A model generated the notes under the pieces. It saw only the letters and a list, made by a program, of their open reading frames with translations, ran no database searches and had not been told where the DNA came from. The position numbers were made by a program, and so were the translations under genes. A stretch of DNA of 64,000 bases from Candidatus Latescibacterota bacterium. Its GTDB lineage: Bacteria > Latescibacterota > UBA2968 > UBA8231. Location of the stretch: the NCBI GenBank assembly GCA_965242865.1, contig CBDETK010000013.1, forward strand, positions 992,001-1,056,000, in the 5' to 3' direction. Shown in pieces: positions 1-10,803 of this stretch (position 1 is the first letter of the stretch; each line of letters opens with the position of its first letter).

Positions 1-1
1 C

Positions 2-331
2 TTCTACTGGGCCTTGATCGTCTGCAACATAGCCGTGCCCCAACTCCTTTGGTTTAGGCACTTTCGCACGAGCATGTTCTGGCTATTCTTCATTTCCCAA
101 TTCATCAACATCGGCATGTGGCTGGAGCGCTTCATCATCGTCGTCACGAGCCTACACCGAGATTTTATGCCCTCTTCTTGGGACATGTTCCACCCGACTA
201 TCTGGGACATTGCCATCTACGCGGGGACCATCGGCTTGTTCATCGTCCTGTTTTTTCTCTTCATCCGCGGCTTACCCATGATTTCCATCCACGAGATCCG
301 CAATCTGCTGGTCTCTGGCGACCACAAGTGA
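2..331 (+). CDS. actC: Alternative complex III subunit ActC (NrfD/polysulfide reductase family), 5' truncated by window edge
   Basis: INIGMWLERFIIVVTSLHRDFMPSSW motif typical of ActC; precedes actD-E-F. Confidence 0.9.
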   Translation, partial: FYWALIVCNIAVPQLLWFRHFRTSMFWLFFISQFINIGMWLERFIIVVTSLHRDFMPSSWDMFHPTIWDIAIYAGTIGLFIVLFFLFIRGLPMISIHEIRNLLVSGDHK

Positions 332-341
332 GCCATTGATT

Positions 342-887
342 ATGCAGCAGCCCCCCCAATCAACGCCCTACGGCCTGCTGGCCGAATTTGAATCCCCGGA
401 CGACTTGCTGGCCTCGGCTAAGGCGACCTTTGCGGCCGGCTACCGCAAGATCGACGCTTATTCGCCCATGCCCATCCACGGCTTGGGCGCGGCGATTGGC
501 TTTCCCCGCACCCGGTTGCCTTGGCTGGTGTTCGCCTTTGGCCTACTCGGCGCCATCACCGGCTACGGCCTGTGCTATTGGGTCTCGGTCATCGACTATC
601 CGCTCAATATCGCCGGCAAGCCCTTGCACAGCGGGCCGATGTTCATTCCGGTGACCTTTGAGCTGACCATCCTCTTTGCCGCTCTCAGCGCGGCCTTTGG
701 CATGTTCATCGCCAACGGCCTGCCCCAGCCCTATCACCCGGTCTTCAACGCGCCCAATTTCGGCCGCGCCAGCCAAGACCGCTTCTTTCTCTGCATTGAG
801 GCCGAAGACCCCCAGTTCGACCGCCAAAAAACCGAGGAATTTCTGCGCGGCCTAAATCCGCACGAGGTTGTCGAAGTTGAAAACTGA
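342..887 (+). CDS. actD: Alternative complex III subunit ActD (DUF3341)
   Basis: DAYSPMPIHGL, YPLNIAGKP and IPVTFELTILF motifs; operon position. Confidence 0.9.
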   Translation: MQQPPQSTPYGLLAEFESPDDLLASAKATFAAGYRKIDAYSPMPIHGLGAAIGFPRTRLPWLVFAFGLLGAITGYGLCYWVSVIDYPLNIAGKPLHSGPMFIPVTFELTILFAALSAAFGMFIANGLPQPYHPVFNAPNFGRASQDRFFLCIEAEDPQFDRQKTEEFLRGLNPHEVVEVEN

Positions 888-888
888 A

Positions 889-1473
889 ATGACCAACGCC
901 CGCCGACGGCCCGCGGCCCTGTTGGGAGCGGCGCTGTTGCTGATTGGCACGGCCGGTTGCGAGCTGCGGCAGGCCATGTACAATCAAGAAAAATACGAGC
1001 CGCTAGAGGCCTCGGCGTTCTTTGCCGACGGCCTGTCCTTTCGCCCGCAGGTAGAAGGCACGGTGGCGCGCGGGCACCTGAGGCTCGACGAGCATTTCTA
1101 CCAAGGCACAGTGCAAGGCCAGCTCGCCGAGACCTTGCCGGTGCCCGTGGACCGCCCGCTGCTAGAGCGCGGCCGCGCGCGCTACGACATTTTCTGCGCC
1201 CCCTGCCACGACCGGACGGGCGCGGGCAACGGCCTGATCGTCCAGCGGGGGCTCAAGCAGCCGCCGAGTTTTCACCAAGAGCGGCTGCGCGAGGTCCCGG
1301 TCGGCCACTTCTACGATGTCATTACCAATGGCTTTGGCGTCATGTATAGCTACGCCTCTCGCATCCCCGTGGCCGACCGCTGGGCCATCGTCGCCTATCT
1401 CAAGGTGTTACAGCTAAGCCAGAACCTCGAATGGGACCAACTGCCGGCCGAGGACCAAAGGCAACTTCAATGA
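889..1473 (+). CDS. actE: Alternative complex III monoheme cytochrome c lipoprotein ActE
   Basis: Lipobox TAGC, CAPCH heme motif, DRWAIVAYLK. Confidence 0.9.
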   Translation: MTNARRRPAALLGAALLLIGTAGCELRQAMYNQEKYEPLEASAFFADGLSFRPQVEGTVARGHLRLDEHFYQGTVQGQLAETLPVPVDRPLLERGRARYDIFCAPCHDRTGAGNGLIVQRGLKQPPSFHQERLREVPVGHFYDVITNGFGVMYSYASRIPVADRWAIVAYLKVLQLSQNLEWDQLPAEDQRQLQ

Positions 1474-2684
1474 ACGAGTCGATCCATCCCTATTTGGACC
1501 ACCTCCAGCGCCGCGCCTTGGCCGTGGGCTTGGTCGGTTTGGTCGCTGCGGCGGCCGGCTACTTCACCGCCGAGGAGCAGTTCTTCCGCTCTTATCTGCT
1601 GGCCTTTACCTTCTGGATCGGCCTGCCCTTGGGCAGCATGGGCATCCTCATGATCCACCACGTCGGCGGTGGCACGTGGGGATTTGCGATCCGGCGGCTG
1701 CTCGAGGCCGGGACCCGCACCTTGCCGCTGCTGTTTCTGCTCGTGTTGCCCATCCTCTTCTTCGGCCTGCACGACCTCTACGAGTGGACTCACCAGAGCG
1801 TCGTGCAAAAAGACGCCATCCTCCAAAAGAAGGTCCCTTATCTCAACGAGCCTTTCTTTATTATTCGCACCGTGCTCTACTTCGCCATCTGGGGGTTGTT
1901 CGCCTTCCTGCTCAACCGCTGGTCGCAGCAGCAGGATCAGACGACGGCCACGCATCCGACCCACCGCTTGCAGCTTTTGAGCGGCCCGGGCATCGTCGTG
2001 TTCTTTCTCACCGCGACGCTGGCCTCTATGGACTGGCTCATGTCGCTCGAGCCGCATTGGTTCTCGACGATCTTTGGCATCATCTACATCGTGGGCATGG
2101 GGCTGATGGCCTGGGGCTTCGCATTCCTCCTCGCGGTTCCCCTCGCCCGCCGCGCGCCGCTGCAGGGCGTAATCACCGAGCAGCATCTGCGCGACTTGGG
2201 CACCTTTATGCTGGCCTGCGTCATGCTCTGGGCCTATACCTCGTTTTCCCAGTTGCTCATCATCTGGTCGGCCAACCTGCCCGAGGAAATCACTTGGTAC
2301 ATGACCCGCTTGGAGGGCGGCTGGCAATACGTCGCCTACGGGCTGCTGGTGTTTCACTTTGCCGTTCCCTTTCTGTTTCTCATATCCAGCACCATGAAGT
2401 CCAAAACCAAGCTGCTCGCCGCCCTTGCCGCGGGCTTGATCTTCATGCGCTGGGTCGATTTGTACTGGATCACGGCCCCGACCTTCACCAAGGTCCACGC
2501 CGAGCACGGCCCGAGTTTCCACAGCACCGGGCTTACCCTGCACTGGCTCGACCTAGTCATTTCAATAGGCATCGGCGGCATCGTGGTTGCGTTTTTCTTG
2601 GCGCAACTCAAAAAGCGCGCCCTGATCGCGCAAAACGATCCCCGCTTTGCAGACCTCTACCGCGGCGGAGGCAATCATGGCTGA
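1470..2684 (+). CDS. actF: Alternative complex III membrane subunit ActF
   Basis: Multi-TM; DWLMSLEPHWFSTIFG and IIWSANLPEEITWY motifs; ATGA overlap with actE. Confidence 0.9.
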   Translation: MNESIHPYLDHLQRRALAVGLVGLVAAAAGYFTAEEQFFRSYLLAFTFWIGLPLGSMGILMIHHVGGGTWGFAIRRLLEAGTRTLPLLFLLVLPILFFGLHDLYEWTHQSVVQKDAILQKKVPYLNEPFFIIRTVLYFAIWGLFAFLLNRWSQQQDQTTATHPTHRLQLLSGPGIVVFFLTATLASMDWLMSLEPHWFSTIFGIIYIVGMGLMAWGFAFLLAVPLARRAPLQGVITEQHLRDLGTFMLACVMLWAYTSFSQLLIIWSANLPEEITWYMTRLEGGWQYVAYGLLVFHFAVPFLFLISSTMKSKTKLLAALAAGLIFMRWVDLYWITAPTFTKVHAEHGPSFHSTGLTLHWLDLVISIGIGGIVVAFFLAQLKKRALIAQNDPRFADLYRGGGNHG

Positions 2685-3069
2685 ACAAGCACCCCAATCC
2701 ACCAACGCCGGCTACGAGACGACCGATGCGCGGATAACGCCCTTGGCCCAGACCGGCCTCTTCATCACCGCGTTAGTCATCGCTTCCTTTGTCGGCATGC
2801 TCGTCTTATTCAGGGTTCTCGCCTATAACCAAGAGCGCTACGACGACCCGGTGCCGCCGCTCGTCGCCACCCGCATTGCCAGCGATGCGCCGCGGCTGCA
2901 GGTGGACCCGCCCAAGCAAAAGGGAGAGTTGGCCCAAAGCGAAGCCGCGCTCCTCAACTCCTACGGCTGGATCGACCCCCAAGTGCAGGTAGTACACATT
3001 CCCATCGAGCGAGCCATGGATCTGGTGAGCGAGGGCCAAATGCCGCTCATCGCGCCGGCGGCCCCATGA
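2677..3069 (+). CDS. ActG-like single-TM accessory subunit
   Basis: One TM; PRLQ and LNSYGWID...HIPIERAM motifs; lies between actF and SCO. Confidence 0.7.
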   Translation: MAEQAPQSTNAGYETTDARITPLAQTGLFITALVIASFVGMLVLFRVLAYNQERYDDPVPPLVATRIASDAPRLQVDPPKQKGELAQSEAALLNSYGWIDPQVQVVHIPIERAMDLVSEGQMPLIAPAAP

Positions 3070-3908
3070 GCAACCCCGCGACGACATGCTGCCGTCGGGC
3101 GATCTTCCTCTTCGCCTGGGTCCTGCCGCTGCTACTAGCCGGCCCAACCGGAGCGCAGAGCTATACCCAACAGTTGCAAGAACGCATCGGCATCGACCAA
3201 AAATTGGGCGACTCAATCCCCTTGGACCTCAAATTCACCGACTCCAGCGGCGAGCGCGTCTCCCTGCGCCAATACTTCGGCCAAAAGCCCATCGTACTTA
3301 CTCTAGTGTACTACGAATGCCCCATGCTCTGCACCCAAGTACTCAATAGCCTCTTGCGGGCAATGAACGTGCTGAGTTTTGGCATGGGCACGGATTTCGA
3401 TGTGTTGACCATCAGCGTCGACCCGGGCGAAACGCCAGAGTTAGCCGCGGCCAAAAAGGCCGAATACAGCAAAAACTACCGCGGCCGCGCTGGTTCTACG
3501 GGCTGGCATTTCCTCACTGGCGAGGAACACGCGATCGAGCAGCTAGCCGCGGCCGTCGGCTTTCGCTACCTATACGACGAAGACACGGATCAGTACATTC
3601 ACGCCAGCGGCTTGATGGTGCTGACGCCCGCAGGCAAACTGGCCCGTTATTTCTACGGCATCGACTATCCCCCGCGCGACTTGCGCTGGGGCCTCGTCGA
3701 AGCAGCCGACGGCGCCATTGGCAATCCGGTCGATCAGCTGCTCCTGCTCTGCTACAGCTACGACCCAATGACCGGCAAATACGGTCTTTACATCCGCAAT
3801 TCCCTGCGCATCGGTGGGCTGATTACCGTGCTGGTGCTCGCGGCCTTTATCATCGCGATGCTCAAGCGGGAGCGCCGCAACGATTTGCACCAGCCTCAGC
3901 TCAACTAG
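3066..3908 (+). CDS. SCO1/SenC family copper chaperone
   Basis: YYECPMLC motif, conserved His (YIHASG), C-terminal TM. Confidence 0.9.
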   Translation: MSNPATTCCRRAIFLFAWVLPLLLAGPTGAQSYTQQLQERIGIDQKLGDSIPLDLKFTDSSGERVSLRQYFGQKPIVLTLVYYECPMLCTQVLNSLLRAMNVLSFGMGTDFDVLTISVDPGETPELAAAKKAEYSKNYRGRAGSTGWHFLTGEEHAIEQLAAAVGFRYLYDEDTDQYIHASGLMVLTPAGKLARYFYGIDYPPRDLRWGLVEAADGAIGNPVDQLLLLCYSYDPMTGKYGLYIRNSLRIGGLITVLVLAAFIIAMLKRERRNDLHQPQLN

Positions 3909-3926
3909 TTCGGAGCCTTAAACCGC

Positions 3927-4862
3927 ATGTCCGACTTTCCACTGTTTCCCGCCCAAGCCTCCACCGTCGCCTGGCAGGTAGATGCCCTGTACGCCTTCTT
4001 GCTCGCCTTGACTGTCCTGTTCTGCCTGCTCGTGTTCGGCATGGTACTCGTCTTTGCCATCAAGTACCGCCGCCGCTCGGACGACGAACAGCCCGAGCAA
4101 AACCACGGCAACCTCGTCCTCGAATTGTCTTGGACCATCATTCCGCTCTTTCTCGCGCTTTTCGTCTTTTTGCTCGGGGCCGACGTGTTCTTCCGGCTCC
4201 AGCGACCGCCGGCAGACCCCTTGGAGATCTATGTGGTCGGCAAGCAGTGGATGTGGAAAATCCAGCACGAATCGGGCAAGCGAGAAATCAATACCCTCCA
4301 CGTGCCCAAGGGCCAGCCCGTCCGCTTGACCATGACTTCGGAGGACGTCATCCACGACTTTTTCATCCCGGCCTTCCGGGTCAAAAACGACGTGTTGCCC
4401 GGGCGCTACACCACCCTGTGGTTCGAGGCCACCCAGACCGGCGAATTCCACTTGTTTTGCGCCGAGTATTGCGGCACCCAGCACTCGGGTATGATCGGCA
4501 AGGTGATCGTCTTAGAGCCAGCCGATTACCACGACTGGCTGATGGGCGCGTCCAGCGGCGAATCCATGGTCGAGGCCGGCCAGCGCCAGTTTCAGCAACT
4601 CGGCTGCGAGACCTGCCACAAATCCACGGCCACGGGGCGCGGCCCGTCGCTGGTCGGGCTGTACGACGAGCCGGTAACGCTCAACAACGGGCAGGAGATC
4701 GTCGTCGATAGCGACTACATCCGCGAGTCCATCCTCCAGCCCACGGCCAAAATAGTCGCCGGGTACGAGCCGATTATGCCGGTGTTTGAGGGGCAGATCA
4801 GCGAGCAATCGCTCCTGCAAATCGCGTCCTACATCAAATCCCTGAGTGAGTCCGCAGAGTGA
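3927..4862 (+). CDS. coxB: Cytochrome c oxidase subunit II with fused cytochrome c (caa3)
   Basis: [16 protein letters not shown] CuA motif, CETCH heme c motif. Confidence 0.95.
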   Translation: MSDFPLFPAQASTVAWQVDALYAFLLALTVLFCLLVFGMVLVFAIKYRRRSDDEQPEQNHGNLVLELSWTIIPLFLALFVFLLGADVFFRLQRPPADPLEIYVVGKQWMWKIQHESGKREINTLHVPKGQPVRLTMTSEDVIHDFFIPAFRVKNDVLPGRYTTLWFEATQTGEFHLFCAEYCGTQHSGMIGKVIVLEPADYHDWLMGASSGESMVEAGQRQFQQLGCETCHKSTATGRGPSLVGLYDEPVTLNNGQEIVVDSDYIRESILQPTAKIVAGYEPIMPVFEGQISEQSLLQIASYIKSLSESAE

Positions 4863-4875
4863 GGTCATTCGAGCC

Positions 4876-6543
4876 ATGAGCCACGCAGTGAGCGCCAACG
4901 GCGAGCCGAGAAACTATCTCAACGAAACCTACGGGATCAAATCTTGGCTCCTGACCCTAGATCACAAGCGCATCGGTATCCTCTACTTGATAACGATGGC
5001 GATCTTCTTCTTGGCCGGCAGCCTTTTCGCCAGTGTAATTCGCTTTGAGCTGATGACGCCCCAAGGCGACTTGGTCGAGGCCGAGACCTACAACAAGCTC
5101 TTCACCATGCACGGCGTGGTGATGATTTTCTTCTTTCTCATCCCCTCCATTCCAGCGGCCCTCGGCAACTTTCTCATCCCCCTGCAGATCGGCGCTCGGG
5201 ACGTAGCCTTCCCCCGCCTGAATCTCCTCAGCTACTATCTCTACACGGCCGGGGGGCTGTTCGCCGTGCTGGCCATCATCATGGGGGGCATTGACACGGG
5301 TTGGACCTTTTACACGCCGTACAGCAGCACGTACGCCACTTCGTTTGTCTCGTTGGCCCTAGTCGGCGTTTTCATCAATGGCTTCTCTTCGATCCTCACC
5401 GGGGTCAACTTCATGGTCACCATCCACAAGATGCGGGCCCCGGGCATGACGTGGTTCCGCTTGCCGCTCTTTATTTGGGGGCACTACGCGACCAGCTTGA
5501 TCCAGGTCCTCGGCACCCCGGTGGTGGCCATCACCTTGTTGCTGGTCTGCTTCGAGCGCATCTTCAAGATCGGCATTTTCGACCCCAATTACGGCGGCGA
5601 CCCCGTGCTCTTCCAGCACATGTTCTGGTTTTACTCGCATCCGGCCGTATATATCATGATCCTGCCGGGCTTTGCCGTCATCAGCGAAGTGGTCGCGTGC
5701 TTCTCGCGCAAGCGGGTATTCGGCTATTCATTCGTGGCCTTTTCTTCGTTGGCCATCGCCATCCTCGGCTTTCTCGTCTGGGGCCACCACATGTTCGTAT
5801 CGGGCCAATCCACCTACGCCAGCATGGTCTTTTCCTTTATAACCTTTTTCGTGGCCGTGCCCTCGGCGATCAAAATTTTCAACTGGTCTTTCACCCTCCA
5901 CAAAGGCTCGGTGCAGCTCGACTCGCCCATGCTCTACGTGATGGGCTTTATCGGCTTGTTCACCATCGGCGGCCTGACCGGCCTATTCCTTTCTACCTTG
6001 GGCACGGACGTCCATCTCCACGACACCTATTTCGTGGTCGCTCACTTTCACTATGTCATGGTGGGCGGCATGGTCATGGCGTTTCTCTGCGGCCTGCATT
6101 TTTGGTGGCCCAAAATGACCGGGCGCATGTACCCAGAAGGGGCGGCCAAGCTCGGCGTCATGTTCGTCTTCGCCGGGTTCAACTTGACCTTCTTTCCCCA
6201 ATTTGTCTTGGGGTACTTGGGCATGCCGCGGCGCTATCACGCTTACCCCGAGGAATGGCAAGCCCTCAACATCATGTCCACCGCCGGGGCCACCGTCCTC
6301 GGGCTGGGCTTTTCCCTGACCATCGTCTATCTGCTCTGGTCCTTGTTCAAGGGCCGGAAGGCCCCGGCCAACCCGTTCCAAGCCAAGGGCCTCGAATGGG
6401 ATATTCCCTCGCCGCCCACAGCCCACAACTTTGAAGCCATCCCGATCGTCACTTGGGAAGCCTATCCCTACGGCGAGGAGGAACCTGCGGCCCCAACCCG
6501 TGAGGCCGTACCTGAACGCGCTAAGGAGGACGAAGTTGTCTGA
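4876..6543 (+). CDS. coxA: Cytochrome c oxidase subunit I, type A2
   Basis: WFYSHPAVY (YS motif marks A2), WGHHMF, VAHFHY. Confidence 0.97.
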   Translation: MSHAVSANGEPRNYLNETYGIKSWLLTLDHKRIGILYLITMAIFFLAGSLFASVIRFELMTPQGDLVEAETYNKLFTMHGVVMIFFFLIPSIPAALGNFLIPLQIGARDVAFPRLNLLSYYLYTAGGLFAVLAIIMGGIDTGWTFYTPYSSTYATSFVSLALVGVFINGFSSILTGVNFMVTIHKMRAPGMTWFRLPLFIWGHYATSLIQVLGTPVVAITLLLVCFERIFKIGIFDPNYGGDPVLFQHMFWFYSHPAVYIMILPGFAVISEVVACFSRKRVFGYSFVAFSSLAIAILGFLVWGHHMFVSGQSTYASMVFSFITFFVAVPSAIKIFNWSFTLHKGSVQLDSPMLYVMGFIGLFTIGGLTGLFLSTLGTDVHLHDTYFVVAHFHYVMVGGMVMAFLCGLHFWWPKMTGRMYPEGAAKLGVMFVFAGFNLTFFPQFVLGYLGMPRRYHAYPEEWQALNIMSTAGATVLGLGFSLTIVYLLWSLFKGRKAPANPFQAKGLEWDIPSPPTAHNFEAIPIVTWEAYPYGEEEPAAPTREAVPERAKEDEVV

Positions 6544-7204
6544 GCACGCACACAGCGCCCACCATCTACACCAGTTCGAGACCGCGCAGCAGCAATACGA
6601 GGCCGCCAGCCTCGGCATGTGGGCGTTCATCATCCAAGAAATCTTGTTCTTCGGAGGGTTGTTCGGCGCGTACACCGTGTATCGCAACACCTATATCGAA
6701 GCCTTTACGGCCGGCTCGCATCACCTCGACATCTTCTGGGGCACCTTCAATACCATCGTGCTGATCGCCAGCAGCCTAACTATGGCACTCGCCGTCCGCG
6801 CCGCCCAGACCAACGCCGGGCGCAACGCGATTACCGGGTGGCTCGTCGCCACGATCGTTCTCGGCTGCGCCTTCTTGGGCGTCAAGTACATCGAGTACAG
6901 CCACAAGTGGCTCGATAACCTCATTCCGGGCAGCATGTTCCAGTGGAACGACCCGGCCTTCCCCGCGGTCTCGCTCGGCAACGCCAAAATTTTCTTCTCG
7001 TTTTACTTCGTGATGACCGGGATGCACGCCTTGCACATGGTCATTGGCGTCGGCATCATGCTGTGGATGGTCGTCAAGGTCCGGCGCAACGAGATTTCGG
7101 CTCAGTACTTCACGCCGATTGAAATCAGCGGCCTCTACTGGCACTTCGTAGATATCGTGTGGATTTTCCTCTTCCCCCTGCTCTATCTGATCGGACGCCA
7201 CTAA
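6536..7204 (+). CDS. coxC: Cytochrome c oxidase subunit III
   Basis: TTG start after AAGGAGG; TGMHALH and [19 protein letters not shown]. Confidence 0.93.
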   Translation: MSEHAHSAHHLHQFETAQQQYEAASLGMWAFIIQEILFFGGLFGAYTVYRNTYIEAFTAGSHHLDIFWGTFNTIVLIASSLTMALAVRAAQTNAGRNAITGWLVATIVLGCAFLGVKYIEYSHKWLDNLIPGSMFQWNDPAFPAVSLGNAKIFFSFYFVMTGMHALHMVIGVGIMLWMVVKVRRNEISAQYFTPIEISGLYWHFVDIVWIFLFPLLYLIGRH

Positions 7205-7533
7205 TGTCTGAACATCACGTCGTCCCGCTCAAGATCTACTTTCTGATCTTCTTCGCCCTGATGATTGGCACCGTCCTCACGGTCGCGGCCGCCTTCGTCG
7301 ATATGGGCTTTTTGAATACGCCGGTCGCCCTGATCATCGCCTTAGTCAAGGCATCGCTGGTCATTTTGTTCTTCATGCACGTAAAATACAGCCCCAAGCT
7401 GGTCGGGCTGTTTGCCGTGGCCGGCTTCTTCTGGCTGTGCATCCTACTGGCCTTGACCATGCAGGACTACTACACGCGCGGCTGGGGCGAGGAAGCCCCG
7501 GTGGAGTTTTTGCAGGAAGGGTCGTTCTTCTAA
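7204..7533 (+). CDS. coxD: Cytochrome c oxidase subunit IV
   Basis: KASLVILFFMHVKY motif, 3 TM, operon position. Confidence 0.9.
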   Translation: MSEHHVVPLKIYFLIFFALMIGTVLTVAAAFVDMGFLNTPVALIIALVKASLVILFFMHVKYSPKLVGLFAVAGFFWLCILLALTMQDYYTRGWGEEAPVEFLQEGSFF

Positions 7534-7647
7534 ATCCGCGTCGGTCCTTATCGAGGCTTGTCGAGTTGTCGCTAGCGAGAGACCTTCGTACCTTGAATTG
7601 CGTCCTCGCGGTCAGCGGCGTCCCGCTCAATCCCAAGACTGGCAAGC

Positions 7648-7989
7648 ATGGTTGACCCAAAAGACATTCAGGCGACCTGTGAAGACATAGCCCGAGAATT
7701 TGCCCCCCTGAAAATTATTCTCTTTGGTTCCTATGCTTACGGCACCCCCACGGAAGACTCGGATGTCGATTTATGCGTGGTCATGGCGATCCCTGAAGCG
7801 CAGACCCGTCGCCAAGCCGTGGCGATTCGGCAGCGTATTCCTCGCCGCTTCCGCCTGGATTTGCTCGTCCGTTCCCCCGAAGAAATTGCTCACCGAGTCT
7901 CGCATAACGACTGGTTTCTTCGAGAAATTACGCAAAAAGGGCAAGTACTGTATGAATCCGTTGACGCTGGAATGGGCGCAAAAGGCTGA
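7648..7989 (+). CDS. Minimal nucleotidyltransferase (MNT antitoxin-like)
   Basis: FGSYAYG...SDVDL motif; overlaps downstream HEPN gene. Confidence 0.9.
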   Translation: MVDPKDIQATCEDIAREFAPLKIILFGSYAYGTPTEDSDVDLCVVMAIPEAQTRRQAVAIRQRIPRRFRLDLLVRSPEEIAHRVSHNDWFLREITQKGQVLYESVDAGMGAKG

Positions 7990-8335
7990 GGGAGATTATG
8001 CTTCGGCTCTATGGCTTCAGCAGGCACCAAATCCGACACATGATGCCATCTGCTTCCACGCCCAGCAGTGTATCGAAAAGTATCTAAAGGCTTGGCTTCA
8101 AGAAGCAAACCTTCCCTTTCCGAGGAGTCACGATCTGGAAGAATTGCTGGATCTGATTGTGCAAACTATACCAGATTGGAACTCTTGGCAGGCAGATTTT
8201 CAGGTGCTTACCACACATGCAGTAGATTTTCGCTATCCAGGAAAATCAGCAACGGCCAGCGATACTCTTCATGCCATGCAAATCTGCGATCAGGTTCGCC
8301 GCTCTATTCGCGCTAGTCTGGGACTACCAATATGA
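7952..8335 (+). CDS. HEPN domain protein (MNT-HEPN pair)
   Basis: CFHAQQCIEKYLKA, SHDL and FRYPG motifs. Confidence 0.9.
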   Translation: MNPLTLEWAQKAEGDYASALWLQQAPNPTHDAICFHAQQCIEKYLKAWLQEANLPFPRSHDLEELLDLIVQTIPDWNSWQADFQVLTTHAVDFRYPGKSATASDTLHAMQICDQVRRSIRASLGLPI

Positions 8336-8353
8336 GTTCACCACCTGCTAAAC

Positions 8354-8456
8354 CCGTCGCTGGCTTCTTCTGGCTGTGCATCCTGCTGGCCTTGACCATG
8401 CGCGGCTGGGACGAGGAAGTGCCGGTGAAGTTTCTCAAGCAAGGGTCGTTTTTTAG
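8354..8456 (+). repeat. Diverged second copy of the coxD 3' end (7415-7533)
   Basis: Translates VAGFFWLCILLALTM-----RGWDEEVPVKFLKQGSFF versus coxD VAGFFWLCILLALTMQDYYTRGWGEEAPVEFLQEGSFF. Confidence 0.9.
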
Positions 8457-8467
8457 AGAGGTGAGGG

Positions 8468-8554
8468 ATGTCAATTAAGCTGAAGAAAATCTGGCCAATC
8501 AAGAATGATACCGTAATCAAGCGAGAGAGCTATTGGAAGGATTTGGCTATATAG
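8468..8554 (+). pseudogene. Probable internally deleted GIY-YIG nuclease remnant (N- and C-terminal stubs)
   Basis: MSIKLKKIWPIKN joined to IKRESYWKDL; resembles from memory the two termini of a GIY-YIG family; good RBS. Confidence 0.4.
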
Positions 8555-8954
8555 TGCGCGTAACAAGGCCAAATACAGCGTCTTTGTTTATGACCATAAT
8601 CTTACGGTTGAATACAGGGCGCTGCTTTTAGTAGAACTTCTACGCAACAAATAAGAGAGGGACGTTATGGAGCACTTACTACATATAGAAGTCGACAAGA
8701 ATGGATACGTCCATGTAGAGGGGGGAAGGCCTGGTATGCGTCGCAGCAGGGGCTATCCCATCTCTGGTTGAGGATGGCCTACTAAGCTCCTACCGCATCG
8801 TGCCCAACTACCGGGTTCGTCTTCAGCTCACAAAAAAAGGCGTAAAGCATTTCAAGAGCTGTTTTTGCCGATAGAATAACCCATCTTGTGGCCGGCCCGG
8901 TTCCGAAAATGTCGGGGCTGAGGGGCGGCCACACCACTCTTTGGAGGTTTTGTT

Positions 8955-9512
8955 ATGTTGCGTTATATCTCATATGTTTTGTTATTAGCAAGCTGTAAGA
9001 CAGGGTCAATAAAAACCTTTTACGAAAATAAACCGCCTGTTATAGATGCGAGTAATTATGAGGTTGTTCTGCCTTATAGGCTGGCTGATACTGCGGCATC
9101 TATTATAGGGGCGGCGCAGCTAATAGGAATTCATGGGTCCAAAGAAATTACTAATGAGGGTGAAAAGTTTTTTATTTTAGATGTGTCTGATGCAGGAAAG
9201 GAGGTTTTAATAGGTGGAGAGCGCTTAGCTGATTGCGGAAGAGAGGTCGCTGTCAAAAGGCAAACGATTTACACAAAGATAATAGGGGGAGGAAAGCGTT
9301 TTGTAGATTTAGAAACGGTATCAGAAAAGGATGTTTATGCTGATAATATGTCCTTTAGTGTATATGCACGTCAGCTTGATAAAGGCACTTTTATAAGAAT
9401 AGTGGTTTTATTTAATGCTTTATCTAAGCACGGTAAAAGTATAACATGTGTTTCTACCCACGTATTAGAAAATGCTCTTATAGACCTTATAAAAGAAGAG
9501 GGAATAAAATGA
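8955..9512 (+). CDS. Hypothetical lipoprotein, AT-rich
   Basis: GGAGG RBS, lipobox LLASC, 185-aa ORF. Confidence 0.7.
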   Translation: MLRYISYVLLLASCKTGSIKTFYENKPPVIDASNYEVVLPYRLADTAASIIGAAQLIGIHGSKEITNEGEKFFILDVSDAGKEVLIGGERLADCGREVAVKRQTIYTKIIGGGKRFVDLETVSEKDVYADNMSFSVYARQLDKGTFIRIVVLFNALSKHGKSITCVSTHVLENALIDLIKEEGIK

Positions 9513-9922
9513 CGCCTCATTTTCTATCAGCCCTATTAGCCCTGCTACCAGTTCAAGAGCCCGATAATTGTGCCCCATATAAGCGTAGCTTATATGATAG
9601 CAATTCTCAGGCCCTCGAGGTAAGGATACTAACACAACAACCTCTCATATCATTTTATACTGGCCGTGTGTTCCATACAACAAGAAATACTGAGATAGAG
9701 CATATTGTGGCCGTCAAAGAGGCTCATATTTCGGGTTTATGTGCTCAGCCAAATAGTGTTAAAAAGGCTTTTGGAAAAGATTTATTAAATCTTACTCTGG
9801 CCGCTAAAGGCGTTAATATAGCCAAGTCAGATAAAGATGCAGCTCAATGGCGGCCGCCCAATCCGGGCGCCCATTGTTGAGTTCTGTTGACACGGGGCGA
9901 GTACGGCCTCAATCAGAACTGA
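9509..9922 (+). pseudogene. Secreted HNH-type (DUF1524-like) nuclease, truncated
   Basis: Signal peptide, EIEHIVAVKEAHISG and NLTLAAKGVNIAKSDKDAAQW; TGA at 9878-9880 followed by a residual EYGL motif. Confidence 0.65.
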
Positions 9923-9955
9923 TAGCACTGGTCTGCAACATTCCCATCTCCACCC

Positions 9956-9990
9956 AAAAAGCCCAAGCCGCTTTACACGGCTTGGGCTTT
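9956..9990. terminator. Bidirectional intrinsic terminator
   Basis: AAAAA-GCCCAAGCCG-loop-CGGCTTGGGC-TTT between convergent genes. Confidence 0.8.
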
Positions 9991-10011
9991 CGTCCTATAC
10001 GCTTCCCCACT

Positions 10012-10803
10012 CTACTCAGTCGCTCCAACCGCCTTGAGAAAGGCTACCGCCTCCTCGTAGCACTCCTTCTTTTTGCCACTCTCGAGCTGGAGACCTTGGA
10101 CAGCCCATGTCAAGGCCGTCTCGCCATCGTTATTACGGGCATTGACATTAACGTTGATATCCACCAAAAAGCGCACCACCGCTAAATGACCGCTAACGGC
10201 GGCCTTCATCAACGCGGTCCAGCCTCTTTCATCTTTGGCGTGTATATCGCCCCCCTTGGCAACCAAGAATTTCACGACCTCTAAATGGCCACCCCAAGCG
10301 GCCCGCATCAAGGCCGTCTCGCCCTCTTTATTTTTTATATGAATGTCGGCGTCGCGGTCGTCCACCAGAAAGCGTACCACTTCTAGATGGCCCTCCATAG
10401 CGGCCTTCATCAACGCGGTCCAGCCGGCGTTGTTTTGGGCATTGACATCAGCCCCGTGGGCCACTAAAAACTTTGCCACCGCTAAATGGCCGCCTTGGGC
10501 CGCCCACATCAAGGCCGTCCAACCATTCGCATCGCGGATGTGAATATCCGCCCCCTCGGCCACTAAAAAGCGCACCATCGCCAAATAGCCGTCTTGGGCC
10601 GCCCACATTAAGGATGTCGTATGTCGCGCCCCTTGCCCAATATAGGACTTGAGTAATGCCTGCACCGACATGTCTTGGTCCGCGGCGACCTGCTTGAGAG
10701 AATGGAGCACATCCTTGGGTATCTCTATGGATACCGTTTCCGTCGGACGAGGCCGGAACGCAAGCGCAAATTCTTCTTTCTGTTTGTTTTCAGGCGTCTT
10801 CAC
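10012..10803 (-). CDS. Ankyrin-repeat protein with N-terminal CopG/BrnA-like antitoxin domain
   Basis: About 6 GWTALMxAA ankyrin repeats; N-terminal RPRPTETVSIEIPKDVLHSLKQVAADQDMSVQALLKSYIGQG is ribbon-helix-helix-like. Confidence 0.85.
   Translation of the reverse strand: MKTPENKQKEEFALAFRPRPTETVSIEIPKDVLHSLKQVAADQDMSVQALLKSYIGQGARHTTSLMWAAQDGYLAMVRFLVAEGADIHIRDANGWTALMWAAQGGHLAVAKFLVAHGADVNAQNNAGWTALMKAAMEGHLEVVRFLVDDRDADIHIKNKEGETALMRAAWGGHLEVVKFLVAKGGDIHAKDERGWTALMKAAVSGHLAVVRFLVDINVNVNARNNDGETALTWAVQGLQLESGKKKECYEEAVAFLKAVGATE

Noticed and set aside
1467-6434. Long alternative-frame and antisense ORFs (e.g. 1467-2543, 5301-6434; also 47281-48609 and 56832-57851)
   Set aside because: Shadow ORFs expected in GC-rich coding DNA; they overlap well-supported genes and carry no motifs.
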